Shown here: positions 47,619 to 57,450 of the stretch, in pieces
Layout: every line of letters starts with the position of its first letter
Position numbering within the stretch: the stretch's first letter is position 1
Assembly (NCBI RefSeq): GCF_003046315.1
Contig: NZ_PZZP01000004.1
Location: forward strand, 58,795-122,794
Length of the DNA: 64,000 bases
DNA from: Desmospora activa DSM 45169
GTDB lineage: Bacteria > Bacillota > Bacilli > Thermoactinomycetales > DSM-45169
Direction: 5' to 3'
Notes under the pieces: model-generated
Seen by the model: only the letters and a program-made list of their open reading frames with translations
The model's database searches: none
What the model was told of the DNA's origin: nothing
Program-made: the position numbers and the translations under genes

Positions 47619-49706
47619 TTATCGTGTGAAAGCGGCGGGCACTCCGCCATCCACCGTTATCATACACCCCGTCGTCTTCGCCGCTTTCGATGAAGCCAAA
47701 TACAGAACGGTCTCTGCGATATCATCTGGATAGACATTGACCTGGAGAAGCGTTCGTTTGCGGTAATACTCTTCCAATTGATCCGGCTCAATGCCATAGG
47801 CCGCCGCCCGCTCTTCCCGCCAGCGGGAAGTCCAAATAGCGGAGCCGGACAAAACCGCATCGGGCAACACCGTGTTGACGCGTATCCCGTATGGGCCGCC
47901 TTCTGCCGCAATACAACGGGCCAAATGAGCCTCCGCCGCTTTGGCCGTGCTGTATGCCGCGGCATTTTTGCCTGCATATACGGAATTCTTTGAACCGATG
48001 AAGACCATGTTGCCCCCTAATCGTTGTGTTTTCATCAGGGCGAAGGCCTCCCGCGCCACAAGAAAATAGCCGGTGGTTAAAACATTGAGGTTCCGGTTCC
48101 ATTCATCGAGAGATGTCTCTTCCAAAGGGCTGGAGGTGGCCAAGCCGGCGTTATTCACCAAAATGTCGATCCCGCCAAAGTGGTTGACAGCTTCTCCGTA
48201 AGCCGCTTTCACCATCCCTTCATCTGTCACATCCATGCCGATGGACACAGCTCGCTTTTCTCCCGTTTGCTCGTTTAACTCATGGGCCAACTGGGCTGCA
48301 CCCTCCTGATTTAAATCGGCCAAAACCACATGGGCACCTTGTTGTACCAACTTGCGTGCGGTGGCACCGCCGATTCCACCCGCTCCCCCTGTGATAAAAG
48401 CCACCTGCCTGGAGAATTCTGCCTCGGGCGGGGCGAGGGAAAGCTTATACAACTCCAATGGCCAATATTCCACATCAAAGGATTCCTTCTCATTTAAGGA
48501 GACAAAACTTCCCAGCACCGAGCTTCCTTTCATCACCGCAATCGCCCGCTGATACAGCTGTCGGCTGATATCGGCCATTTTTTTGCTTTTGCCTGTCGTC
48601 ACCATCCCGATGCCGGGGATGAGAATGACACGGGGAACCGGTTCAAACATCGCATCACCGTCCTGCTGATTCCGCTCAAAATAGTTTCGGTAATCGCTTT
48701 CATAACGATTGATTCCTTCTTCCATGCGCCGCTTCAATTCCCTTGTATCATGCTCAGCGGGATCCCAATCCACATACAGGGGCAGCCGTTTGGTATGGAC
48801 GAGATGGTCGGGGCACGCCGCCCCCACCTGAGACAAACGGGGAGCATCCACGCTATTGACAAAATTCATCACCGCATCGCTGTCATCCACACTTACAATC
48901 ATTCGCTTCTCCCGGCTGACCCGGCCGCGAATCAGAGGTAGGATCGCAGTGAGGATCGCTTTTCTTTCATCAGTGTTGAGAGGTTTCGCCTTTTCGCCGT
49001 TAAACAATTGCTCGCCAACACTTTTTACACGTGTCTCAATATAATCTTCCGCCGCTTGGATCACCTTCATCGTCGATTGATAACATTGCTCCGAAGTCTC
49101 TCCCCAGGTTACCAACCCGTGTTTTTCCATCAGGACCAACTCTGCCTGCGGGTTCGCTCGTACCTTTTCTCCGATTATTTTTGACAATTGGAACCCTGGT
49201 CGGATATAAGGAACCCAGACAAAGCGGTCGCCGTAGATCTCCCGTGCGATCGCCTCCCCGTCTTCCGTGCAACAGATACTGACGATCGCATCAGGATGGG
49301 TGTGATCCACATGGTTAAAAGGGAGAAAAGCATGCAAAAGGGTTTCAATCGACATGCGCGGATGTTGGCTGTCCATCATACAATGGCGGAGATAAGCAAC
49401 CATCTCCTCATCCTCCATCTCATCCCGTTCAAACAAGGGCAGTACATCATCCAAACGTAAAGCGGTGAAATGTTCCGACTTCATCGTCGCTAAGTCGGCT
49501 CCACTTCCTTTCACCCACATCACAGCGACTTCCTGCCCCATGAAGTCCCATTCCACGGTCTTCATCGAAGTATTTCCTCCGCCCCAGTTGGCGACGGAAC
49601 GGTCTTGCCCCAATAAATTGGAACGGTAGACCAGCTCCTCTATTCCCGTAAGTGGTGCCGCTTTTTCCTGCTCCCATAAATTCACCGGCAAAAAAATCCC
49701 CTCCAA
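47619..49706 (-). CDS. rhaEW: Bifunctional rhamnulose-1-phosphate aldolase / short-chain dehydrogenase (RhaEW, YuxG-like)
   Basis: 695 aa. N-terminal class II aldolase/adducin domain. C-terminal SDR (ITGGAGGIGGATARKL, YSTAKAA). Confidence 0.85.
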   Translation of the reverse strand: MEGIFLPVNLWEQEKAAPLTGIEELVYRSNLLGQDRSVANWGGGNTSMKTVEWDFMGQEVAVMWVKGSGADLATMKSEHFTALRLDDVLPLFERDEMEDEEMVAYLRHCMMDSQHPRMSIETLLHAFLPFNHVDHTHPDAIVSICCTEDGEAIAREIYGDRFVWVPYIRPGFQLSKIIGEKVRANPQAELVLMEKHGLVTWGETSEQCYQSTMKVIQAAEDYIETRVKSVGEQLFNGEKAKPLNTDERKAILTAILPLIRGRVSREKRMIVSVDDSDAVMNFVNSVDAPRLSQVGAACPDHLVHTKRLPLYVDWDPAEHDTRELKRRMEEGINRYESDYRNYFERNQQDGDAMFEPVPRVILIPGIGMVTTGKSKKMADISRQLYQRAIAVMKGSSVLGSFVSLNEKESFDVEYWPLELYKLSLAPPEAEFSRQVAFITGGAGGIGGATARKLVQQGAHVVLADLNQEGAAQLAHELNEQTGEKRAVSIGMDVTDEGMVKAAYGEAVNHFGGIDILVNNAGLATSSPLEETSLDEWNRNLNVLTTGYFLVAREAFALMKTQRLGGNMVFIGSKNSVYAGKNAAAYSTAKAAEAHLARCIAAEGGPYGIRVNTVLPDAVLSGSAIWTSRWREERAAAYGIEPDQLEEYYRKRTLLQVNVYPDDIAETVLYLASSKAAKTTGCMITVDGGVPAAFTR

Positions 49707-49792
49707 AATGTTTGTTTTATTTTTGATTATATCTGTTTTGTTGGGTTATCAGAAGAGATTAAGTGGAAATGTCCAAACCACACTTTTGGATT

Positions 49793-51526
49793 TTACAATG
49801 ATGGGGTTCTTGATGATACGCTTTCTTTACTCTGTTCCTTTTTACCGATCCAGATGGTAGCGGATACAAAATAGATTAAAGACGGAACGAGGGCGAGTGC
49901 CTTATACTCGTCCAATTCCATCATTCCTGCAAACACTGCTCCTGCCATCCCTAACAATGCCAAAATCGCCAACAAAGCAGATGCACCGGCCACTTTTATC
50001 CTCGTGGAAGATATTTGCGATCCGGGATGGGGTGAAATCCCTTCGGCTTCAATTGCTTGTTCCTGTCTAATTTGTTCCTGGCGCTGTTTTTCCTCTCTTT
50101 CCGCTTCCGGATACTGTTCTCTAGCTCCCCCCAATCCCGCCAAGATAAGATAAGCCACCATCGTCACCACCCAGGTGGGTACAAACAAAAAGTAGAGGTG
50201 GATGATCCCGAAAGTATCCATGCACACGGCGAAAGCAACGCCGATCATCCAGCTGGCCAACGCTGGCACATTAAGGCGCAATCCCTTGTATTGAGCCCAA
50301 TACCGTGTATAGCCGATTTTGGGAAAGATCCAATGTTCGGTAAAAACAATGGTGCCAACGGGAACTAAGATCAATCCCATGTATCCGACAAAATCCAGCA
50401 GCTTGGTAAACACAAAGGGAAAACAGGCGATAACAGTGGTAACGGCGCCGGTAATGGCGGTTACCCTTCTGACGGAGTAGCGGTGGAAAATCGTTTGAAA
50501 TGCGAGTCCCGCCCGATACAAGGTAGGGTTAGAAGTAGTCCACCCGGCAATGATCACAGCCAAGATCCCAACGGCTCCCAAAGCTTGATAGGCGACTTCA
50601 CCGGAATCTAACTGAGCGATCGACGTATTTAACACCATCGCGGCGGCAGCCCCCATAATCCCGGCACAAATCCAAGCGATGTAATGTCCGAAAAAGACGC
50701 CCACGGCGGAAGCGTACCCATAGCGATAACTTTTGGCAAACCGAAAGATAGCCATATCGCTCAATCCTCCATGCATCGCCAAGTTGGCGATCCAGGCAAA
50801 CGCCATCACATGAAGCATCCCCATCTCTTCCCCGCCACCCATTGGTTGACCGGTCCAGATATGAGCGTTAGCCAGCTGGAGGAAATCTGAAACCGAGTGC
50901 AATCCCGAGACGGTACCACTCATTGCAACCAGCTCCGGCAGCATTACCACGGCGCCGCTAATAAACATCAATAACAGCCATGGCGCACAGATGGAAGAAA
51001 ATTGAGCGACGGATTTAAAGCCCATCGCAGCCACAATGGCGACGATGGAGCCAATGATCAAGACGAGAAAGATAAAAGAAGCGCTTGTTGGATACCACTG
51101 CGTTTGCACCGGAATCCCAAACAAAATCCGGACGGCGGAAGCGGCAACGGTGATCATTGCTCCACCCAGTACGCAGTACAACACACCGTTAACCGCATTG
51201 TATACTTTTTGCATGGATGGACCGGCGATCTTTTTCAAATACGAATAAAGCGTCAAACGAGTATCGGTGGCAATCGGCGCACAAATAAACGTCCAAGTCA
51301 ACACCGCCAGCAAATTACCGAAAATCAATCCCAGCAAGACGTCCGCAGCACTTACTCCCCACAGAACAAACGTCGCCCCGATCACAAACTCCGTGCCGGC
51401 TACATGCTCCCCCGCAAACAACCCGAGAAAGTGTCGCAACCCATGCAAACGGTGCTTGGCGATAGGTTTGTCCTCCTGTGGCAGTTGACCGGTATCCAGT
51501 GTCCCTGCCGTGTAACCCAGTTTCAT
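49793..51526 (-). CDS. Large polytopic permease (577 aa, 13-14 TM), first gene of the rhamnose operon. Putative rhamnose transporter; the fold resembles NCS1/solute symporters.
   Basis: RBS GGAGAGGA. Hydrophobic throughout with a charged coiled segment (EQYPEAEREEKQRQEQIRQEQ) before the last two TMs. Only 86 nt upstream of rhaEW. Confidence 0.55.
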   Translation of the reverse strand: MKLGYTAGTLDTGQLPQEDKPIAKHRLHGLRHFLGLFAGEHVAGTEFVIGATFVLWGVSAADVLLGLIFGNLLAVLTWTFICAPIATDTRLTLYSYLKKIAGPSMQKVYNAVNGVLYCVLGGAMITVAASAVRILFGIPVQTQWYPTSASFIFLVLIIGSIVAIVAAMGFKSVAQFSSICAPWLLLMFISGAVVMLPELVAMSGTVSGLHSVSDFLQLANAHIWTGQPMGGGEEMGMLHVMAFAWIANLAMHGGLSDMAIFRFAKSYRYGYASAVGVFFGHYIAWICAGIMGAAAAMVLNTSIAQLDSGEVAYQALGAVGILAVIIAGWTTSNPTLYRAGLAFQTIFHRYSVRRVTAITGAVTTVIACFPFVFTKLLDFVGYMGLILVPVGTIVFTEHWIFPKIGYTRYWAQYKGLRLNVPALASWMIGVAFAVCMDTFGIIHLYFLFVPTWVVTMVAYLILAGLGGAREQYPEAEREEKQRQEQIRQEQAIEAEGISPHPGSQISSTRIKVAGASALLAILALLGMAGAVFAGMMELDEYKALALVPSLIYFVSATIWIGKKEQSKESVSSRTPSL

Positions 51527-51548
51527 GCTATCCTCTCCATCATCGAAA

Positions 51549-51562
51549 TGTAAGCGCCTACA
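51549..51562. promoter_or_regulatory. cre-like site (TGTAAGCGCCTACA) in the rhamnose-operon leader, embedded in a perfect 8-6-8 inverted repeat gaaatgta-agcgcc-tacatttc
   Basis: One position off the palindromic cre consensus TGTAAGCGCTTACA. It sits directly upstream of the permease RBS. Confidence 0.55.
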
Positions 51563-51849
51563 TTTCTGATTATACAGATTTATGGGCGTTTGTCTATTGT
51601 TTATATTTGTTTTTGTTTGTATATGCCCGTTTTAGACACCTCCGTTCCTGTAATGGAGAAACGGAATCAACGATCAAATCCATCACACTGAATCTCCGGT
51701 CATGGCATGGCGACGGGCTTTTTCCCAGTGCAGTTTCTCAACTGCAATTCATTTTTCGCTGATGTGAGAAACATTACCAGACACGCAATGTAAAAAAACC
51801 AAACATATGATATAACTGAGGAGAACACTCCCTAAAGGAGGATACTTGT

Positions 51850-52677
51850 ATGAGACCGCTGCAACGAGAAATTATCGACGAATTGTACGTCCGCCCTTCT
51901 ATTGAGCCGGAACAGGAAGTGCGGGTGCGCATCCAATTTATCAAAGAATACCTGCGGCATACCGGAGCACAGGGGTTGGTTCTCGGCATTTCCGGAGGAC
52001 AGGATTCCAGCTTGGCTGGTCGTCTATCTCAACTAGCCGTAGAAGAGCTGCGCCGGGAAACCGGGCAATCGTCTCGCTTTATCGCGATGCGCCTCCCCTA
52101 TGGAATCCAAAAAGATGAGGAAGACGCACAGCGCTCCCTTCGCTTTATCCAGCCGGACGAGACCCTGACCGTCAATATCCAAGAAGCGGTAGATGCGACT
52201 ACACATGCCTTCCAGCAAGCCACGGGCCAAACCTTGTCTGACTTTGTCAAAGGGAATGCCAAGGCGCGGGAGCGGATGAAGGCACAATATACGGTAGCCG
52301 GCGCCTACCATTTATTGGTGGTAGGAACGGACCATGCCGCTGAAGCGGTAACTGGCTTTTTTACCAAATTTGGAGATGGCGCTTGTGACCTGATCCCCCT
52401 ATTTGGACTCAACAAGCGGCAAGGAAAGGAATTACTGCGCCACTTAGGGGCGGACCCCGCCATTTATGAAAAAGTGCCGACAGCCGATTTATTGGACGAC
52501 CGACCGGGACAAGCCGATGAAGCGGAGCTGGGCTTAACGTATCCCATCATTGACGATTATTTGGAAGGAAAAGAAGTGGATGAGCAAGCGGCCAGCTTAA
52601 TTGAAAACAAATTTCTCGCCACCCGCCACAAACGCGCGCTTCCCGTTTCTCCCTTTGACGAATGGTGGAAAGCGTAA
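51850..52677 (+). CDS. nadE: NH3-dependent NAD+ synthetase
   Basis: 275 aa. SGGQDS PP-loop, RBS AAAGGAGGA. Confidence 0.9.
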   Translation: MRPLQREIIDELYVRPSIEPEQEVRVRIQFIKEYLRHTGAQGLVLGISGGQDSSLAGRLSQLAVEELRRETGQSSRFIAMRLPYGIQKDEEDAQRSLRFIQPDETLTVNIQEAVDATTHAFQQATGQTLSDFVKGNAKARERMKAQYTVAGAYHLLVVGTDHAAEAVTGFFTKFGDGACDLIPLFGLNKRQGKELLRHLGADPAIYEKVPTADLLDDRPGQADEAELGLTYPIIDDYLEGKEVDEQAASLIENKFLATRHKRALPVSPFDEWWKA

Positions 52678-52841
52678 AACTGTACACTAAAAATCTGGCC
52701 GCTGACACGCAGTTTCAAAATTGATGACAAATCACTGAAATGGTTAGAAAACAGGGAGGAGTGGTGTTCCGTTGAGCGACTCTGCCACGCATGGAGCCAG
52801 ACGGATTACCACCCCGACCGTTCCACGATGTTTGCCGCAAA

Positions 52842-52866
52842 CTGCCGCTGATACGGCAGTTTTTTC
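52842..52866 (+). terminator. Terminator downstream of nadE
   Basis: ctgccg-ctgata-cggcag + TTTTTTC. Confidence 0.55.
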
Positions 52867-52955
52867 TTTAATTTCTTCCATTGCATTCCCTTGCCAAGTG
52901 GGATAGCGTTTATAATGAGGGAATTTTCAATTTTAAACGAACAGGGGGATGTGTG

Positions 52956-53807
52956 ATGGCAAAAGCACCCTATTCACACTCTTCTCGTCGCTGGGTGGAA
53001 GAGGTACGGGCTACCTCGCGCAAACGGAAACCGGACGAGGTAACCGTGGAAGAGCCGATGGAGATCCGGCTGCTTCCCTTTCAGGCGCGGGAAGCCTTCT
53101 CTGTGGCGGTAACCATGCGTACTCCCGGCCATGATTATGAGCTGGCCGCCGGTTTCTTATGGACGGAGGGGATATTGGATCATCCTCAACAGATCCATCG
53201 TATTCACTATTGTCGCAATCCCCGCGAACCACAACATTTCAACATTGTACAAGTGGCGCTCAGGGAAGGGGTTGACCTGAATTGGAAGCGCTTCACCCGT
53301 CACTTTTATCAGAGCTCCAGTTGTGGTGTCTGCGGCAAAGCTTCTTTGGAAGCCATACGGGTGCAAGGGGTTTCTCCCGTCACGCGCGCTTTCCAAGTGC
53401 CTCCCGCCACCATTCGTACTTTAGGCGATTCTCTGCGGCAAAAACAGTCCGCCTTTGATCGAACTGGCGGGCTTCACGCCGCCGCCTGGTTTGACCTAGA
53501 GGGCCGTCTCATCGCCGTACGGGAGGATGTTGGCCGCCACAATGCAGTGGATAAACTGTTGGGTCATTTTTTTCTGGCTAACGGTGAACCCCTAAACGAC
53601 GGTATCCTGATGGTGAGCGGACGCACCAGTTTTGAAATCATGCAAAAAGCAGCTGTGGCCGGAGTCGGACTGGTAGCCGCCGTATCTGCTCCCTCCAGCC
53701 TCGCCTGCGATCTGGCGCAAGAATTTGGGATCACGTTGATCGGCTTTGCTCGCGGGAATCGGTTCAACATTTACACTGGGGAGGAGCGAATTGCGGAGGA
53801 AGATTGA
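52956..53807 (+). CDS. fdhD: Formate dehydrogenase accessory sulfurtransferase FdhD
   Basis: Start MAKAPY with RBS AGGGGGA. FdhD/NarQ family (SSCGVCGK cysteine motif). Confidence 0.8.
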   Translation: MAKAPYSHSSRRWVEEVRATSRKRKPDEVTVEEPMEIRLLPFQAREAFSVAVTMRTPGHDYELAAGFLWTEGILDHPQQIHRIHYCRNPREPQHFNIVQVALREGVDLNWKRFTRHFYQSSSCGVCGKASLEAIRVQGVSPVTRAFQVPPATIRTLGDSLRQKQSAFDRTGGLHAAAWFDLEGRLIAVREDVGRHNAVDKLLGHFFLANGEPLNDGILMVSGRTSFEIMQKAAVAGVGLVAAVSAPSSLACDLAQEFGITLIGFARGNRFNIYTGEERIAEED

Positions 53808-54028
53808 GGTGTTACGAAGCGAAAGAATTTTCATCAAAAATTTGTATTAGATGTTATACACCTCAAAAAAGTTATTCTTTACTGATTGATATTTTTTGTT
53901 ACCACTCTATCTTGTAGACCTCCTATCAATCCCCTTACGTTCTTTCCAACTCTAAATTTCATTTATAAACCCTATCAATATTTATATATTTCTTCATTGC
54001 GATATTGAAAATAATATCGAAATAACTT

Positions 54029-54940
54029 ATGCCATGGGTAGCGGTCATCGGTGGGCTCGTGATGACCACCACGGCCACAGTAGGCTATGTTGCGATTGAA
54101 CGTTTGAGTATTGTCGCGGTTCCCCTGAGGCTGTTTCTGATGGGGGGACTCATTGGAAAGATTATGGGATCAGAGGGGAAAAGTGAGTGGCTGTTCGCGC
54201 TTCCGAAAGGAGACATCACCCTGACGATGGGTTCTGCCATCTCCATGGTGATGGCCAGCTGGATGATGATTGTTGTCGCCTGTCCCGATCTGGCACGCTG
54301 GGCCAAAAGTAAAAAAGATGCCTTTTATGCCGGTTTTTTCGGTTTCCTATTGGGTAATAGCGTCATGATTTGTCTGGCGATTCTATTAGTAAGAATGACG
54401 GGAATTGAAGATGTTATTCTTATTATGCTCTCTGTCGGTTGGGGAGTTTTTGCGCTTCTGATCTTGGTTTTGGCTCAATGGACCATCAACGACAATCTGT
54501 TGTATTCTGCCGGTTTGGGGCTTTCCAGCTTAATCCGTCATACGCCGAAATATATGCTAACCATGATTTCAGGACTGATCGGCTCTGCCATCGCCTTTTT
54601 CCAAATTCATGAGTACTTCAATGTATTCCTCACAGTTATCGGAGCACTTCTTTCACCGGTTGCTGCCATTTATCTGGTTGAATTTTTGTTTTTAAATCGA
54701 ACGCGTTTTCTCTTCTCTTTTATTCAAGACAAAAAGATCCCCTCCTTTTATTGGACCGCGATGATATCCTGGGTATTGGTATTTATAACAACGCCTACAA
54801 ATGACGGCGGCCTGGGCTGGTTTTCTATCACGGGGGCATCCAGCTTGGACGGCTTTTTATTTGCTGGACTTTTTCATTTGCTGATCGGTAAAATCACGCA
54901 AAAAATGAACGTACATAAAGGGGAGGTCGCCGATGTCTAG
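54029..54940 (+). CDS. Polytopic membrane protein (about 9 TM), possibly an N-terminally truncated permease of the purine-cytosine/CytX type
   Basis: 303 aa, hydrophobic. Preceded by a 220-bp region of about 28% GC. Overlaps the downstream GNAT gene by 8 nt. Confidence 0.45.
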   Translation: MPWVAVIGGLVMTTTATVGYVAIERLSIVAVPLRLFLMGGLIGKIMGSEGKSEWLFALPKGDITLTMGSAISMVMASWMMIVVACPDLARWAKSKKDAFYAGFFGFLLGNSVMICLAILLVRMTGIEDVILIMLSVGWGVFALLILVLAQWTINDNLLYSAGLGLSSLIRHTPKYMLTMISGLIGSAIAFFQIHEYFNVFLTVIGALLSPVAAIYLVEFLFLNRTRFLFSFIQDKKIPSFYWTAMISWVLVFITTPTNDGGLGWFSITGASSLDGFLFAGLFHLLIGKITQKMNVHKGEVADV

Positions 54941-55673
54941 ATTTACAATATATACGGCGGCTGAAAAACCGGAGTTGCTCACCAGAATCAACACCTTGGC
55001 AAAAAATTCATTTCCACGCTTCATCTTTGATGGGGAGGTTGTCTTTAAGGAGCAGTCGGATTCGTTTCTAGAGCACTACCCTGAGTGTCAGTTCGCCTTA
55101 TTCGACGGAGAAGAAATGGTTAGCGGGGGTGTCACCGTCCCGCTGTCTTGGAACGGATCGATGGAGGATCTACCAGAGACAACGGATGACTTTATCCCAT
55201 TTCAATACCAATCACCCAATGTTCTCTGTGCGCTAGCCGGTTTGGTCGCGGACAACCATCGCGGAAGAGGAATCAGCCGGGATGTGTTATTGGCAATGAA
55301 GCGCATCGGACAAGAGAAGGGGTTTTCGTCATTAATCGCTCCCGTCCGCCCCAATCACAAAGAGCGCTATCCATTGTTGAGCTTGGATGACTATATTCAC
55401 TGGAAACGGGAGGACGGAGCGCCGTATGATCCTTGGATTCGCGTTCATTGGCGACTAAAGGCTCCGATGTTAAAAATTATGCCGAAGGCGGCGGTCGTTC
55501 GCGGCACGATTCGCGAATGGGAAGATTGGACTGGCATGCGCTTTCTGAGCAGTGGTCCCTATGTGGTTCCTGGAGCCTTGGTACCAGTGGAAATGGATTT
55601 GGAAAAGAACGAAGGGGTCTATTTAGAGCCAAATATTTGGATGGAGCATCAAATCGAACCGTATGATGAATAG
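54933..55673 (+). CDS. GNAT-fold acetyltransferase family protein (uncharacterised)
   Basis: 246 aa. ...LAGLVADNHRGRGISRDVLLAMKRIGQEKGFSSLIAPVRP... acetyl-CoA-binding-like segment. Confidence 0.5.
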   Translation: MSRFTIYTAAEKPELLTRINTLAKNSFPRFIFDGEVVFKEQSDSFLEHYPECQFALFDGEEMVSGGVTVPLSWNGSMEDLPETTDDFIPFQYQSPNVLCALAGLVADNHRGRGISRDVLLAMKRIGQEKGFSSLIAPVRPNHKERYPLLSLDDYIHWKREDGAPYDPWIRVHWRLKAPMLKIMPKAAVVRGTIREWEDWTGMRFLSSGPYVVPGALVPVEMDLEKNEGVYLEPNIWMEHQIEPYDE

Positions 55674-55708
55674 AGAACAAATCCCGCTCTCGGCGGGATT
55701 TGTTCTCT
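55673..55708 (+). terminator. Hairpin with a 16-bp perfect stem after the GNAT gene
   Basis: agagaacaaatcccgc-tctcg-gcgggatttgttctct. Confidence 0.5.
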
Positions 55709-55770
55709 ATTTAGGCCCTTCGACCGTTTGCACCTTTGCGGTTTGCTCCTGTTTCCGTTTGGCAAAACAT

Positions 55771-55790
55771 AAAAAAACCGCGGCATGCGG
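55771..55790 (-). terminator. Putative terminator of the sigB operon
   Basis: ccgc-ggcat-gcgg; the minus-strand RNA follows with U7. Confidence 0.4.
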
Positions 55791-55819
55791 ATACCAGCGG
55801 CTTTTCTAACAAAAATCTT

Positions 55820-56608
55820 TTATATAATTTCAGTCGGTTCCATGCGGATCGCCTCCCGCAGCTTGCGTAGAGCGCGCCGTTGCAAGCGGGAAACGTGCAT
55901 TTGCGAGATCCCCAATTGTTCACCGGTCTGTTTTTGGCTCATGTTATCAAAAAAAGTCATCTCAATGATATCCCGTTCCCGCTCGGTTAGCACTTGGAAA
56001 GCGCGATCCAGCAGCATTTTCTGGTCAACCTGATCATATCCGCGATCCGCGTTGCCCACTAGATCAAGCAGGGTCACATGACTGCCGTCGCTGCTAGCCT
56101 CGATGGGACTATCGACTGAAACCGCATTGTAGCTTCGCCCCATCTCCATCGTTTCCAGCACTTCCTCTGGACTTACTTCCAGATAGGTGGCGATCTCATC
56201 TACTTGGGGAGAGCGTTGATACTGGATGGTCAGCTCTTCGACCGCCTTCTTGATGCGCGGCCCCAGTTCTTTAATGCGGCGGGGAACATGAACGCTCCAG
56301 GTCTTGTCCCGAATGTAGCGCTTTATCTCCCCGACAATCGTCGGAACGGCAAATCCCTCAAAACTACGTCCAAAGGTGGGATCATACCGTTTCAGGGCTG
56401 CAAGCAGGCCGATCATTCCCACTTGGGTCAAATCCTCAAAGGGCTCATTCCCCTTGGAAAATTTGGAAGCCAGCGTCTCCACAAGCGAGGTGTAGTGTTC
56501 CACCAGCTTCTCCTGAACGCTTTCATCCCCCTCTTCTTGGTAGAGGTGAATCATATCAAGGATATCACCATCGGTTAGATTGCGTTTTTGCGGGCGAGTC
56601 GACATCAT
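55820..56608 (-). CDS. sigB: RNA polymerase sigma factor SigB (general stress sigma factor)
   Basis: 262 aa. Sigma-70 regions 2 to 4, collinear with B. subtilis SigB. Overlaps rsbW by 44 nt as in B. subtilis. Confidence 0.9.
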   Translation of the reverse strand: MMSTRPQKRNLTDGDILDMIHLYQEEGDESVQEKLVEHYTSLVETLASKFSKGNEPFEDLTQVGMIGLLAALKRYDPTFGRSFEGFAVPTIVGEIKRYIRDKTWSVHVPRRIKELGPRIKKAVEELTIQYQRSPQVDEIATYLEVSPEEVLETMEMGRSYNAVSVDSPIEASSDGSHVTLLDLVGNADRGYDQVDQKMLLDRAFQVLTERERDIIEMTFFDNMSQKQTGEQLGISQMHVSRLQRRALRKLREAIRMEPTEII

Positions 56609-57053
56609 GATCCACCTCGTCCCTTCGAATAAACTTGATGAGTGTCACAACCACTCCTCGACTCCCATCGATGACCACTCGATCCATCAAGGTCTCCATC
56701 AGATGCAGACCCAACCCCCTTTCCCTCATCGCAGTCAACGGCAGGCAGGTATTAATCGGACCGGAGCGCCGTTTCACAGTGTCGATGTCAAAACTGTTGC
56801 CTTCATCTTTCACTACGACTTCAAGTCGATCCTGATGAATTTGAAACCGGATCACAATTTGACCCGCTTTACCGGAATAAGCGTGGTCCACTGCGTTGGT
56901 GCAGGCTTCCGCAACGGCCAGCTTCATATCTTCGATGTCATCATAATCAAAGCCCATGCGGTTGGCGATGCCGGAGACGGCCAACCGAACCACGCCCACA
57001 TATTGGGCCTTTGCAGGTATGGCCAATTCGATCTGATCGCTGGAATGCACCAC
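56565..57053 (-). CDS. rsbW: Anti-sigma-B factor / serine kinase RsbW
   Basis: 162 aa. HATPase_c motifs (EACTNAVDHAY, GLGLHLMETLMD). Confidence 0.85.
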   Translation of the reverse strand: MVHSSDQIELAIPAKAQYVGVVRLAVSGIANRMGFDYDDIEDMKLAVAEACTNAVDHAYSGKAGQIVIRFQIHQDRLEVVVKDEGNSFDIDTVKRRSGPINTCLPLTAMRERGLGLHLMETLMDRVVIDGSRGVVVTLIKFIRRDEVDHDVDSPAKTQSNRW

Positions 57054-57068
57054 TCAAAACCACTCCCC

Positions 57069-57386
57069 TTACGCTCCGTCTTCAATGTCTATAATTTCCG
57101 TCAGTCCAGTGATTTTCAACAGCCGCTTCAGACGCGGGCTTATTCCCGTCAGTACCAATCGACCCTTTTTCGCGCACAAGGACTTATAAGCACCGATCAG
57201 GACACCCAACCCTGTGCTGTCCATATAATCGACTTGCGACAAATCCAGATGGATTTCGCGGTTGGCCTTGCACAAGGGCATCAGCTTTTCCCGCAGTTGC
57301 GGCGCGGTAAAGGCGTCCACTTCTCCCGATACGATTAACGTAGTTACATTTGCTTCATGTGTCCGTTCTTCTATCGATACATTCAT
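57069..57386 (-). CDS. rsbV: Anti-anti-sigma factor RsbV (STAS domain)
   Basis: 106 aa from MNVSIEE with RBS GGAGGTTGAGGGAG. Phosphorylatable Ser in ...DLSQVDYMDSTGLGVL. The ORF tool extends 63 codons further upstream; that extension is not supported. Confidence 0.85.
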   Translation of the reverse strand: MNVSIEERTHEANVTTLIVSGEVDAFTAPQLREKLMPLCKANREIHLDLSQVDYMDSTGLGVLIGAYKSLCAKKGRLVLTGISPRLKRLLKITGLTEIIDIEDGA

Positions 57387-57415
57387 AATCTCCCTCAACC
57401 TCCACTCCTGAGACT

Positions 57416-57441
57416 TTTCCCTGGCCCCTTTTCTTTCAAAC
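57416..57441 (-). promoter_or_regulatory. Sigma-B-dependent promoter upstream of rsbV (GTTTGA-14-GGGAAA)
   Basis: Minus strand: -35 gtttga (plus 57436-57441), 14-nt spacer, -10 gggaaa (plus 57416-57421). Sigma-B consensus is GTTTAA-N12-15-GGGTAT. Confidence 0.65.
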
Positions 57442-57450
57442 CTATGACAA

